A DNA stretch of 64,000 nucleotides from Gemmatimonadales bacterium. Its GTDB lineage: Bacteria; Gemmatimonadota; Gemmatimonadetes; Gemmatimonadales; GWC2-71-9. How positions within the stretch are numbered: position 1 is the stretch's first letter; every line of letters starts with the position of its first letter. This document shows, one piece after another, positions 20,310 to 30,112 of this stretch. Made by a program: the position numbers and the translations under genes. The notes under the pieces are model-generated. The model saw only the letters and a list, made by a program, of their open reading frames with translations, ran no database searches and had not been told where the DNA came from. The stretch spans positions 1 through 64,000 of the forward strand of contig JBFGJG010000008.1 in NCBI GenBank assembly GCA_041577295.1. The letters run 5' to 3'.

Positions 20310-20676
20310 CGGGTCTCGCCGCGACACGGGCCACAGCCGATCATGGTCGGGCCCTCGAAATGGGGTTGGTCTTGACGTTTCTTCCCTTCGTCTGGAAGGC
20401 AGGTACTTATGCGCTGATCGGCAGCTATGTGCCGCTGTTTGTATTGCTGTTCTTGGGCGCCATCGCCGCGGCCGGCCTGGCGTTGGGACGGTCGTGGGCC
20501 AAGTGGGGTGTCCGCATCTGGTGCGCCGCGATGATCGGGTGGGGTGTGATGCGTCTCCTGTTGCTCGTCTTGGTTATTGCAACGAAGCGCATCTCCGCAG
20601 CCAGCTGAATCTCCCGTATGTGGCGGTCAGCGTTGTCTACGCGATCGCGGGGATCGTCATCTGGCGCCGCGTGTGA
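20306..20676 (+). pseudogene. Small membrane protein, apparently frameshifted near 20580
   Basis: Three TM segments in one frame; a fourth TM-like segment (EAHLRSQLNLPYVAVSVVYAIAGIVIWRRV) continues in another frame. Confidence 0.55.
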
Positions 20677-20713
20677 GACGCCACCACACCCACTCTTTCC
20701 TCCTCGCCGTCTC

Positions 20714-23179
20714 TCACTCCTCTCGGAGCACGGCTAACGGATCCACCCGAGTCGCCCGAGATGCGGGGAACACGCAGGCTGCGGCGGCCACCGTGGCGAG
20801 CAACAAGACAACCACGCCATAAGTCATGGGGTCTGCGGGGCTCACACCATACAGCAGCGCCGTCAACAGTCGTGTCAGGACGATCGCGGCCACCAACCCA
20901 GTCGCTACCCCGATGAGCGTGAGCCGCATCCCCTGCCTGAACACGAGGCCGCGCACGGCGTCCCGAGTGGCGCCCAGCGCCATGCGGACGCCAATCTCAT
21001 GCGTGCGCTGGCGCACGGAGTATGCGATCACCCCGTAAATCCCCACGGCCGCCAGACTGAGCGCGATCGCCGCGAACGCCGCCAGCAGCGCGAGGTTGAA
21101 CCGCGGTTGTGAAACCGCGGCACTGACACGGGCGCCCATTGTCTCGACATCCGACACTGGCTGATCGGGATCGATGGCCCAAACCTCACTGCGTACGGCC
21201 CGAGCAAGTGCAAGCGGCTCGCCACTCGTGCGGATGGCGAGATACATCGTCGTCAGCGGCATCTGACGGTACGGGAAGTACACCTGCTCCCGACCCACGG
21301 AGCTGAGGTTGTAGTGCTTCGAATGGCGCACCACACCGACCACCTCACGCCAGACCAAGTTCCCGTCGTCGTCGCGGTTGATCGCCACGCGTTTGCCAAT
21401 GGGTTGCTCGGTTGGCCAGAAGCGTCGCACAAACTCTTCGTCCACGATGGCCACCAGGGAAGCCTCCGGTCCGTCGAAGGGACTAAAGGTCCGCCCTCGC
21501 ATGAGCGATACGCCCATCGTTTGGAAGTAGTCTGGGCTCACCCAGCGCCGGTCCGCCTCGATCGATGCGAAGTTGTCACCGTGCTCGGGCTCCACCGTCT
21601 GCGACTCGTTCACCCTCGTGGTGCCCGAGGCGTACGCTCCACTCAGCGGGAGATGTGAGATCAATCCCGCAGACGCCACGCCGGGAAGTGCTTGCACGCT
21701 TCGTAACAGCTCGTCGTAGAAGACACGCTGCTGCTCCCCGTCGTACCGGCTTGCCGGCAGCGCAATCCGCATGGTCAACACCTGTTCGGTCCGATACCCT
21801 GGGTCGGTATCGAGCAGCCGGTTGAGACTCTTGATCAAGAGGCCGGCACCCACCAGCAGCACGAGGGCTAGAGCCACCTCGGCAACCACGAGACTCGTGC
21901 GGAGTTTCTTGCCACTCAACCCCGTGGTTGCGCCGCGACCCCCTTCCTTGAGCGAGCTGACAATTGACTGCTTGAGCCCGTACGCAACGGGGGCGAGGCC
22001 GAATACCACGCCTGTGAGGACGGCGATGCCCAATGTGTACAGGAGCACTGGACCATCGATGCTAATCGTGTCACGTAACGGCAGGTTTGCAGGAGCGATG
22101 ACAAGAACGAGTCTCACCAACCCAAACGCCAGCAAGAGCCCGCCGATACCGCCGAGGGTGGCGAGCATCAGACTTTCAGTAAGGAGCTGACGGATCAAGC
22201 GCGTTCGGCTTGCCCCTAAGGCGGTACGAACGGCGATCTCTCGCTCGCGACCGGCGGCTCTCGTGAGCTGTAAGTTCGCTACGTTGACGCACGCGATGAG
22301 CAGCACGAAGCCCACGGCTCCCAGCAGTATGACGAGCGCGGGGCGTACCTCCTCAACCAAATCGCCGTGGAGCGAGTACACGGTGAGCCCCCACCCCTCG
22401 AAATCATAGTAATCCGGCGATCGCTCCTGCATCTGGACGGCAACCCGATCCAGGTCGGTTTGCGCCTGGGCCAACGTCACGTCGGCTTTGAGTCGGCCGA
22501 AGCCCCGGAGGAAGTGGCTACCCCTGGAAAGCTCGGAGTATGGGGTCCCAAACGCGGGAACCATCGGCGTCCACAGATCGATTTGCGCCGGAAACTGCGC
22601 ATCGGGGTGACGAATTCTGAAATCGGGGGGGAGCACACCAACGATGGTGTAGGTGATCCCGTTGGCAGTCATCGTCCGACTGAGGGCACCGGGGTCCCCG
22701 CCAAACCGCTGCCTCCAGAACCCGTGACTGAGCACCATCACGCGCTCAGCAGACGGCGTGTCGTCGGCCGCTGCAAAGAGTCGCCCGTGCAGCGGTTCGA
22801 CACCCATCACCTGGAAGAAGCTCCCCGACGCCGCCGCCGCGCCGACTTGCTCCGGCTCACCGACGCCGGTGATCGCAAGCGTCGTCGGTGCCACAACCGC
22901 GATGCCATCGAACAGGGTATTCATCTCCCGCATCTCTTCGAACTCCGGTCCCGAGACCCAGTTCTGGGGGAGGTCGGGCCCGAAGTTCGTCCAAATGACG
23001 GTCAAGCGGTCGGGATCATCGTAAGGCAATGGTCGCAGCAACACCCCGTTCACGACGCTGAAAACCGCTGTGTTGGCTCCAATGCCGAGCGCGAGCGTTA
23101 GGACGGCAACGAAGAGAAAAACGGGGTTATGCGCGAAGGCACGAACAGCGTATCGGATGTCGTTCCAAAAGTCGTCCAA
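20714..23179 (-). CDS. ABC transporter permease, ADOP/MacB-FtsX duplicated type
   Basis: DIRYAVR, LALGIGANTAVFSVV, LLIACVNVANL, REIAVRTALGASR, EIGVRMALGA, RATRVDP. Confidence 0.95.
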   Translation of the reverse strand: MDDFWNDIRYAVRAFAHNPVFLFVAVLTLALGIGANTAVFSVVNGVLLRPLPYDDPDRLTVIWTNFGPDLPQNWVSGPEFEEMREMNTLFDGIAVVAPTTLAITGVGEPEQVGAAAASGSFFQVMGVEPLHGRLFAAADDTPSAERVMVLSHGFWRQRFGGDPGALSRTMTANGITYTIVGVLPPDFRIRHPDAQFPAQIDLWTPMVPAFGTPYSELSRGSHFLRGFGRLKADVTLAQAQTDLDRVAVQMQERSPDYYDFEGWGLTVYSLHGDLVEEVRPALVILLGAVGFVLLIACVNVANLQLTRAAGREREIAVRTALGASRTRLIRQLLTESLMLATLGGIGGLLLAFGLVRLVLVIAPANLPLRDTISIDGPVLLYTLGIAVLTGVVFGLAPVAYGLKQSIVSSLKEGGRGATTGLSGKKLRTSLVVAEVALALVLLVGAGLLIKSLNRLLDTDPGYRTEQVLTMRIALPASRYDGEQQRVFYDELLRSVQALPGVASAGLISHLPLSGAYASGTTRVNESQTVEPEHGDNFASIEADRRWVSPDYFQTMGVSLMRGRTFSPFDGPEASLVAIVDEEFVRRFWPTEQPIGKRVAINRDDDGNLVWREVVGVVRHSKHYNLSSVGREQVYFPYRQMPLTTMYLAIRTSGEPLALARAVRSEVWAIDPDQPVSDVETMGARVSAAVSQPRFNLALLAAFAAIALSLAAVGIYGVIAYSVRQRTHEIGVRMALGATRDAVRGLVFRQGMRLTLIGVATGLVAAIVLTRLLTALLYGVSPADPMTYGVVVLLLATVAAAACVFPASRATRVDPLAVLREE

Positions 23180-23310
23180 GTTCCACCTCGCAACAGGAGT
23201 GGAGGAGCGAGCCCGCGGTAGAAGACCGGCGATCGCCTCGAATCGTTAACGCCGTCCCCCCCTTCCCTCGCCACACTTCCGTTTAGACAGGACTGAGGGC
23301 TGCTTGGTTG

Positions 23311-24522
23311 CTATCCACCCTCGGAAGGAGGTGCCCCTCGGTCGCTCGGCCCCCGCCTTCCACCACCACGCCCTCGACCGCCACGCCTTCTCCGCCGCCT
23401 TCGCGTTGAGGAAGCGGGTGGGCCGCTGGGAGATGCCAACGCGGGAACGGGCTCGACCTCCGGTAGCATGTCTTTGAAGACGGTGCCGTAGATCTCCCAG
23501 ATCGTCACGAACAACGCTGCCACGATCGGCCCGATCACAATCCCAACTGCGCCGAACAGGACGAGTCCCCCGAGCGTCGACAGCAGAATGAGCAAGTCCG
23601 GCATCCGGGTGTCCCGGCCGACGAGGCGGGGACGAAGAAAATTGTCGACCGTTCCAACTAGCGCCGTGCACCAGATGCCGAGTGCGATCCCGGCCCCCAC
23701 GCGATCAGCCGCAATGAGGTAGATCACCGCGGGGACCCAGATCAACGCCGCTCCCACCCCGGGGACGATGGACAGAACGGCCATCACGGTTCCCCAGAAC
23801 GCCGCGCCGTCGATCCCCGCCACCCAAAAGGCTCCCCCGGCGAGGGCGCCCTGCACGATGCCGATGATGAGCGTCCCCTTGATCGTCGCGCGCGAGACGG
23901 ACACGAACTTATCCACCATTCTGTTTTCGTCCTTCGGCGGCAACGGCATGTAGTAGAGGATCTTGTTCAGTACCTGCTTTCCATCCATCAGGAAGAAGAA
24001 CATCGCGTAGAGCATGACGAACAAGAGAAAGAAGAAGGTGGCCGTGCCGCGGGCAGTCGCAGCCAACACCCCAACAACGAAGGTGCCAATCCTCCCCACG
24101 AGCTCGCCGACCTTCGACAGGAGCTGTTCGCGGTACGGTTTCAACGACTCCACGAACGGAAGCTTGTCGAGCATTTGGTCGAGGCGATTCGGCTCGGCAA
24201 TCTGCTGCTCGATCCAAGGCCGCACTGTTTGGCTGAGCTGCACGGCCTGCGCGGTCACAATACCCAAAAACCCCGTGAGCGGGATGATGATGGCGAGCAG
24301 GACGATGGCGATCGTCACTCCAGATGCCACCGCCTTGCGCCCTTTGAAGCGTTCGAAAAGCCAGCGGTACAACGGCTGGAACATTCCACTGAGAATGGCC
24401 GCAAGCAGGAGCGAGACCAAGAACTGCCGAATCATCATCAAGAAGAGTATGGAGATGCCGATCGCGAGCGCGATCAGAAAGACTTTGCGAACTTTTTCGG
24501 ACTCGAGCGAGGTCTGGGACAT
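23311..24522 (-). CDS. AI-2E family transporter
   Basis: Multi-TM; PGVGAALIWVP, DNFLRPRLVG, GIVIGP; Arg/Gly-rich C-terminal tail. Confidence 0.9.
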   Translation of the reverse strand: MSQTSLESEKVRKVFLIALAIGISILFLMMIRQFLVSLLLAAILSGMFQPLYRWLFERFKGRKAVASGVTIAIVLLAIIIPLTGFLGIVTAQAVQLSQTVRPWIEQQIAEPNRLDQMLDKLPFVESLKPYREQLLSKVGELVGRIGTFVVGVLAATARGTATFFFLLFVMLYAMFFFLMDGKQVLNKILYYMPLPPKDENRMVDKFVSVSRATIKGTLIIGIVQGALAGGAFWVAGIDGAAFWGTVMAVLSIVPGVGAALIWVPAVIYLIAADRVGAGIALGIWCTALVGTVDNFLRPRLVGRDTRMPDLLILLSTLGGLVLFGAVGIVIGPIVAALFVTIWEIYGTVFKDMLPEVEPVPALASPSGPPASSTRRRRRRRGGRGRGGGRRGPSDRGAPPSEGG

Positions 24523-24678
24523 GGACGGGGGGCTCCGCGCCGGGGCTGGCGCACAATATAAAGCCCCAGGGCACACGCCCCGGGGCTTGAGCTCGTTCCG
24601 CGCTACCCTGCCTCTCGTGTTTCTCCTACCGCTCCTACCGCTCCCGCCGTACCTGCTGCTAATCCGCAGCAGTCCTCG

Positions 24679-25215
24679 TTACTCCGGAGGCAGCGGGGGA
24701 GGACTGGAGGGTCGTGTCTCGTCTTGCCCGGCGTTCGCTCGTTCTCGCTGACGCGCCCGCGCGGCAGGGCGTTTCATGATGTCAACACGGCCACGGCGGG
24801 ATCGGGGAACGGAGCGGGACTCGCAGGTGGTCAGAATGAACGACTCCAGACGCTGTCTGCCCGTGCGGCCGTATAGCCGCGCCAGGCGCCTGATGGTCAG
24901 CCCGTCACACACCGAGGCCCATCCAGCGGCTTGCTGTGTCGCAAGGGACCGGAGATAGCAGCTCTCGGCCTCCTCGGGGTCCTCGAGCTCCTCGTAGAGC
25001 ACGCCCAAGCGATCCCAGGCCAGAGCCAGCTGCGGGTGGCCGGTGACCACGGCGTCGCGCAGTATCGTCAGGGCTTTGCGGAAACAGCGCTCTGCTTCGG
25101 CGTAGTTGCCCTGCCGGTCGCCGTCGCCGGCCCAAGTGAGGAGGGCCCGGCCAGCCCGGATCAGCCGCTCCGCCTCGGCCAAGGATGCAAAGGGTCGTTT
25201 GGGATTTTGCGACAC
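24679..25215 (-). CDS. Small TPR protein (paralog C)
   Basis: GTG at 25215 with GGGAG RBS; NYAEAERCFRKAL...HPQLALAWDRLG...EAESCYLRSLATQQAAGW. Confidence 0.75.
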   Translation of the reverse strand: MSQNPKRPFASLAEAERLIRAGRALLTWAGDGDRQGNYAEAERCFRKALTILRDAVVTGHPQLALAWDRLGVLYEELEDPEEAESCYLRSLATQQAAGWASVCDGLTIRRLARLYGRTGRQRLESFILTTCESRSVPRSRRGRVDIMKRPAARARQRERANAGQDETRPSSPPPLPPE

Positions 25216-25252
25216 AGATAGCTCCCGACAGTCCGTCTGACGGGATGGAAAA

Positions 25253-25266
25253 GCAAACGCCGGGCC
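25253..25266 (-). promoter_or_regulatory. Sigma54-like promoter of TPR paralog C
   Basis: Minus strand cGGCCCGGCGTTTGCt. Confidence 0.55.
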
Positions 25267-25432
25267 GCCACTCCGCACCATAGACGTTGCATTTCGGCAA
25301 GGCGCTCTGTGGTGTGAGTTGCGGTAACCACGCGGCACCGGTGTCGGGGGGCTGCGGCGATCCGCCTCGGGCTCCGCTCCCCTCGCTGGGGCGGAGAGCT
25401 GGGCAGTCGTGGAGTCTGTGGTGGGGGTGAAT

Positions 25433-25885
25433 TCAGCCGTACAGCGTCAGCGCGCGAGTAACCGCGGGATCGTTGGCGAAGGTTTGGGGTGAGCGCTTGC
25501 AGCTGCACTTGGTCTGTGCACGCAGCCGAGCGAGCACGGCCTTCCCGAGAACCGGCTGTCCGCGGCGCCGGTAAAGCTGCGCGAGGCGAAGCATGGTCAG
25601 CTCGTCGCAAACCACGGGAGGCCACCCCGCCGCCTTCTGCGCAGCGAGCGATCTCAGGTAGTAGGACTCCGCGTCGTCGTCTCTACCCTGCGCATCGCAC
25701 ACCCACCCGAGCTTGTCAAACGCGACCGCAAGTACGGCTGGGTTTACCTCTTCCGTGCCGCGCAGCAAACTCACGGCCTCTCGCAAGGCGATCTCGGCAC
25801 GTGCATAGTTTGGGGGTCCGTCTTTGGGACGGATGGCAGCGATTCCTTCGCGGATTCGCTCTTCCGCCATCTCCAGATCGTTCAA
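25433..25885 (-). CDS. Small Cys-containing TPR protein (paralog A)
   Basis: GAGGT RBS; DKLGWVCDAQG...AESYYLRSLAAQKAAGWPPVVCDELT...CSC. Confidence 0.8.
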   Translation of the reverse strand: MNDLEMAEERIREGIAAIRPKDGPPNYARAEIALREAVSLLRGTEEVNPAVLAVAFDKLGWVCDAQGRDDDAESYYLRSLAAQKAAGWPPVVCDELTMLRLAQLYRRRGQPVLGKAVLARLRAQTKCSCKRSPQTFANDPAVTRALTLYG

Positions 25886-25948
25886 ACCTACCTCGGGCGC
25901 TGAGGTGGTCCTCGCTGGTGTAGCTTGAGGTCGTCACCCCTCTCTGTA

Positions 25949-25962
25949 GCAAGTGTCAGACC
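25949..25962 (-). promoter_or_regulatory. Sigma54-like promoter of TPR paralog A
   Basis: Minus strand aGGTCTGACACTTGCt. Confidence 0.45.
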
Positions 25963-26131
25963 TCCTCGATGGCCCGCGATGAATGTGAAACGGAGACTTC
26001 CGCGGAGAGCAGCACCTTAGCGACAGTGTCTCGCGTGTACGGCAGTCCTGCAGCGACCCCCGCCACACCTCCAACCCCGATAAGGAGTGGGGGGTAAGCA
26101 GTGCGGATTCTTTACCCATCACTTCCGCTTA

Positions 26132-26839
26132 TTAGCCACCTGACGAGAAGCTTTCGAATTCCTTCACAGCCTTGGGCCCGTTGCGCTCGAGGCCGGCAAA
26201 GAACGCGGCCCGGTCTGCGGTGCGGAAGTCGAGTCGTTCGACTCGGAAGGCGGCGAGTCGCACCTTGTCACGCCGGCGCTCGACCACCTCGAGGCAGTAT
26301 TGGATGGCGTTTTCCACGCTGTGCGCATCGGTCCAATCGGACTTGTAGACAGGCACCCCGGATTCGGTAAAGATCCAGGTCATGTTTGGCATTGTACCGT
26401 AGGAACGATGACACGCCCCGTCCAAACTGTCGACCACAATCGGACGCGTAACCCCTAGAACATCCCGCAGTGCCTTGCCGTGCTCGAGCTTCTGGGTCAT
26501 AGACGTGAGGTGTGGCCAATGCTCACCCGGATGGGCTTCGTGGGTGTAGAGAAAGATCGAACCCACCCCTTTGCCAGCATAACGATTGGCCAGCGTGTTC
26601 ATGGATGGCGCCGCCATCCCACAGTACGGTCAGGTGAAGCTGCCAAACTCCACCACCGTATAGAGGTGTCGCGACCAGATGTCGCTGAGCCGCGTCTCGC
26701 CGCCGTCGAGGGTCCACAGCGGGAAGTCGGGGGCAGGTTTGCCAACCGGTGGGCTCTCGTCAAAACGGAGCCACGAAAGGACGTTTGCGCGGGTGAAATG
26801 CGTGTAGTTATACCGTGTGATCGTGTCAGCGTCAGACAT
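26132..26839 (-). CDS. Iodothyronine deiodinase-like / thioredoxin-fold selenoprotein (Sec70, UxxC)
   Basis: ORFs 26630-26839 and 26132-26617 are in one frame, separated by the TGA at 26632-26630. Read-through gives PVGKPAPDF...VVEFGSFT-U-PYC...FLYTHEAHP...VVDSLD...YGTMPN (235 aa), matching deiodinase-family motifs. Confidence 0.88.
26603..26619 (-). other. Bacterial SECIS-like hairpin
   Basis: mRNA UGA-CCGUACUGUG-GGAUGGC-GGC-GCCAUCC: 7-bp stem, apical loop starting with G 17 nt after the UGA. Confidence 0.75.
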
Positions 26840-26868
26840 AGCAAGACCACAACATTCGAGGGAAGAAC

Positions 26869-27525
26869 CTATGAGAGGATTTGATCCATGATCGCCTGCG
26901 CGAACGCGATCTCATCCTCGTTTACCAAGTGGCCCATACCCGGGTAGATCCGCTTGGTCACCGCTGCACCCATCTGCGCGAACACCTCGGCGCTCTCATC
27001 GACCCGCTGTTGGGGTACGTGGCTGTCGATGTCACTGCAACCGAGGAACACTGGTGTCCCGGCAAAGTCGCCTTCGTGGATCCACGCGGTTCCGGGCGGT
27101 CCAATTAGGCCACCGCTGAAGATGATGACTCCGCCAAACCGATCGGCGTGCCGCAGTGCGAACTCAGCCGCAAGGCACGCGCCCTGTGAAAAGCCCAACA
27201 AGGCAATGTGGTCTTTGCGCACGCCGTGGACCAACGCTTCCTCTATGAGATGATTGATCACCGAAAGCCCAGAGTTGATGCCGGGTTGGTTTCGTTCGGA
27301 TTCCGCCATGAAGCTGTAGGGATACCACGTGTTTCCGGCCGCGGCTGGAGCGAGATAGGTGAAACGCGGCCGTTGGAGAACGGGCACGAGATCCAGGACG
27401 TTTCGCGGCGAGGCGTTGCGGCCGTGGATCATGATCATGACGGCTTGGCTCTCGCCGAGCGCTTTGCCTGCGGTCGCAACGGGTTGGCCGGCGTGGGGAG
27501 GCAGCGCTGCCTGCTTAGTCGACAT
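26869..27525 (-). CDS. Phospholipase/carboxylesterase (MhqD/YpfH-like alpha/beta hydrolase)
   Basis: IHGR, GNTWY, GFSQG nucleophile elbow, DSHVP, YPGMGH. Confidence 0.92.
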   Translation of the reverse strand: MSTKQAALPPHAGQPVATAGKALGESQAVMIMIHGRNASPRNVLDLVPVLQRPRFTYLAPAAAGNTWYPYSFMAESERNQPGINSGLSVINHLIEEALVHGVRKDHIALLGFSQGACLAAEFALRHADRFGGVIIFSGGLIGPPGTAWIHEGDFAGTPVFLGCSDIDSHVPQQRVDESAEVFAQMGAAVTKRIYPGMGHLVNEDEIAFAQAIMDQILS

Positions 27526-28462
27526 GGACCTCGGGAAGCGCTGCCTCGATCGTCGCTCGCCGCGGTTCCTCCCATTGCGGCAATTTGAGATCCAGACCGA
27601 GACACGGCAGGGTCTCGTCCACGGTAAAGCCTGGTTGGATTGTCGCGATTTCGAAGAGCACTCCGCCTGGCACGCGGAAGTAGATCGAGCGGAAGTACTG
27701 ACGGTCCCGCACTTCTGTCACCTGTAGACCGACGCGGAGGAGCTCGCGGCGCATTCTGAGTTGCTCCTCCTCATTGGCAATCGCGAGGGCGACGTGGTGC
27801 ACGGTGCCGAGACCGTTCCTCGCTGTCGGAGCTTCCGGCGCGCGCACGATCTCGAGCGTCTTCCCAGGAGCGTCGTCACCAGCAACACCGAGCCGGAGCC
27901 GATCACGCTCCTCATTGACGAGCTGGAAGCCCAAGACATCGCGAAGTAGTTGCACCGTCTCATCCGGAGAACGGATTGCCATCGTGACGCTGTGCAGACC
28001 CCGAATGGCATCCTGCGTGCCGACTTCGTTCGTCGCCCACGGGGTTCGAGTATCCCGATCGTTCGCTACCAGCTCGACCACGAGTCCCGACGGATCCAAA
28101 CAAACGATGGATTCCTCGCCGAATCTCGGTGGCGCATCTTCCGCACCCACCCCGCGCTCTCGCAAGCGCCCCTTCCAAAACTCCAGAGTGCCGATGGGAA
28201 CTGAGAAGGATGTAGTGGTAATCTGCCCGGCACCTTTCTGGCCGACCGGTACGCCTTGTCCGCGATAGGGAAACGTGGTCCACACGGTCCCCGGAGTGCC
28301 CCGCTCGTCACCATAGTAGAAATGGTAGACATTGTGGTTGTCGAAGTTGACGGTCTTTTTCACGAGCCGCAGACCGAGCAAACGGGCGTAAAAGTCGAGA
28401 TCGTCCTGTGCACCATCGACCGTAGCGGTCACGTGGTGGAGACTGGGAATGACAGGGTCCAT
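27515..28462 (-). CDS. Ring-cleaving dioxygenase, VOC family (MhqO/PcpA/LinE-like)
   Basis: LHHVTA, LGLRLVKKTVNFD, YHFYYGD, GTVHHVA, DRQYFRSIYFR, LFEIAT; ATG at 28462. Confidence 0.93.
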   Translation of the reverse strand: MDPVIPSLHHVTATVDGAQDDLDFYARLLGLRLVKKTVNFDNHNVYHFYYGDERGTPGTVWTTFPYRGQGVPVGQKGAGQITTTSFSVPIGTLEFWKGRLRERGVGAEDAPPRFGEESIVCLDPSGLVVELVANDRDTRTPWATNEVGTQDAIRGLHSVTMAIRSPDETVQLLRDVLGFQLVNEERDRLRLGVAGDDAPGKTLEIVRAPEAPTARNGLGTVHHVALAIANEEEQLRMRRELLRVGLQVTEVRDRQYFRSIYFRVPGGVLFEIATIQPGFTVDETLPCLGLDLKLPQWEEPRRATIEAALPEVHVD

Positions 28463-28549
28463 AGGATGACAGTGAGCAGTGCGCGCCAGTAAGAAGTCAG
28501 GAGTGAGGAGCAAGGAGATCACACCTCCTCGCTCCTCACGCATCAGTGC

Positions 28550-28966
28550 TTATTTTGCTCCGAGTATTCGCGCCGCCCGCGCATAGTCCTTGGGCTTGAC
28601 CCAGAGAATCATACCGTAGCGGTCCTTCCCGGCGATGACGGCATTTGCGGCGGTTACGTTGATCTTGGCATCGGCCAACTTCTTGATGTGACGGTGCGCG
28701 GCGCCGGTCCGATCGTCTCCGGTGATCACGAACCCCTTTTTGACTTTGCTCAGTCGCCATCCGTTCTGGCGAGCCACACGTCGCAGCGCCGTCATGTTCT
28801 CCGGCATGAAATCGAGCTGGGACTTGCCGCCCTTGTCGGGAAACCCCGAATAGGCCACGAGATTCACATCGGCATCACGCAGCGCTCGAAGCACTTTCTC
28901 GCCCTGTCCCGCCCGATTCGAGACCTTCGTGTAGCAGTAGTTCACCTTCTTCACCCGGTCCGCCAT
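28550..28966 (-). CDS. Tandem ACT-domain-like protein
   Basis: Two ACT-like units (NRAGQG...L.DADVNL and DRTGAA...LADAKINV); AAGGAGG RBS. Confidence 0.7.
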   Translation of the reverse strand: MADRVKKVNYCYTKVSNRAGQGEKVLRALRDADVNLVAYSGFPDKGGKSQLDFMPENMTALRRVARQNGWRLSKVKKGFVITGDDRTGAAHRHIKKLADAKINVTAANAVIAGKDRYGMILWVKPKDYARAARILGAK

Positions 28967-29092
28967 GTGGCACCTCCTTAGCGACGGCGGACGCAGCCGC
29001 GCCGACTGGTTTTCAGCCCACGGTTTGCTGCGTCGAGAGAACGGATGGGTTAAAGATGCGCGAAGGTCTCACGGCGCGCGAATGGAAGGGAC

Positions 29093-30064
29093 TCAATCAG
29101 CCGCAGCTCCGAACGTGTGGTACAGGTCCCGCGCGAGCCGCTCGAGCTCGGGACGTGCTTCGATGACCGTGAGCCACCCCTCCGGAATGGCTTTGGCTCC
29201 CAACGCCGCTCCTGCGATCGCCCCACAGATGGAACCCGTCGAGTCACTGTCGCCGGAGTGATTGACGGCGGCGATCGTCGCCGCGCGCCAATCATCAGGA
29301 AACCTGAGTGCACAAAACAAGGCGATGGCCACTGCCTCGTCACCCACGAAGCCCCGCCCCAGCTCGTCCATCGCCCCGATCACGGGACGTCGCGCACGCG
29401 CAAGCTCTATCGCGTTGTCGAGTGCGTCGCGCGTTTCCTCGTGCCGATCCCACCGACACAGTGTCTCCAGTGCCACCGCCACGCCCTCCTCCAGCGGCGT
29501 ACCGTCGGCGAGATGCGCGATCAGCTCGGCGAGAAACCCGGCGGAGAGGTAGCCCGACGGATGGCCGTGGGTGAGCGCCGCGCATTCGGCGCCGACCTCG
29601 AATGCCCGCTCACCTCGAAGTGCGAGGCCAATCGGTGCGACACGCATGACGCCGCCACACCCCTTGCTGTAGTTGAGCGGTTGCGTCATCGACCCGGCGT
29701 GCCCACTTCGCAACGCTGAGGTACACGTCCGGCCAGGCGCCCGTCGCTCCTTGGGATCCTCCTGGGAGCGGAGCCAAGCCACGTACTGATTGTGGACAGC
29801 GCCGCGAACGATACCGGTGTCGAGCGTGGAGCTCCGGGCATGCGCTTGGAGCAGCCCCTTTGCTGTGGCCACGGACATCTGCGTGTCGTCCGTGAAGCTT
29901 CCTGCGGGGAAATCGTTCCACGGACTGAGATCGACGATACCGTCAGAGCCGAACCGCTCGCGGATTTCTGCCAAGGAGAGAAACTCGACCGGGGCCCCGA
30001 GCGCGTCACCAATCGCGAGGCCCAGCACGGTGCCACGGTAGCTGGTAAACCGGTCCTGACGCAC
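29093..30064 (-). CDS. ADP-ribosylglycohydrolase (DraG/ARH family)
   Basis: GLAIGDALG, FTDDTQM, GCGGVMR, THGHP, GDSDSTGSICGAIAGA. Confidence 0.93.
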   Translation of the reverse strand: MRQDRFTSYRGTVLGLAIGDALGAPVEFLSLAEIRERFGSDGIVDLSPWNDFPAGSFTDDTQMSVATAKGLLQAHARSSTLDTGIVRGAVHNQYVAWLRSQEDPKERRAPGRTCTSALRSGHAGSMTQPLNYSKGCGGVMRVAPIGLALRGERAFEVGAECAALTHGHPSGYLSAGFLAELIAHLADGTPLEEGVAVALETLCRWDRHEETRDALDNAIELARARRPVIGAMDELGRGFVGDEAVAIALFCALRFPDDWRAATIAAVNHSGDSDSTGSICGAIAGAALGAKAIPEGWLTVIEARPELERLARDLYHTFGAAAD

Positions 30065-30112
30065 GGAGGAAGAATTGACGGAGCCGGGCTGGGTGGCAAG
30101 ACCACCCTCGCC

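Noticed and set aside
26630..26632. TGA as a nonsense mutation (pseudogene) or two separate genes
   Set aside because: It falls exactly on the catalytic Cys/Sec column, is followed by a SECIS-like hairpin, and both halves are otherwise intact.
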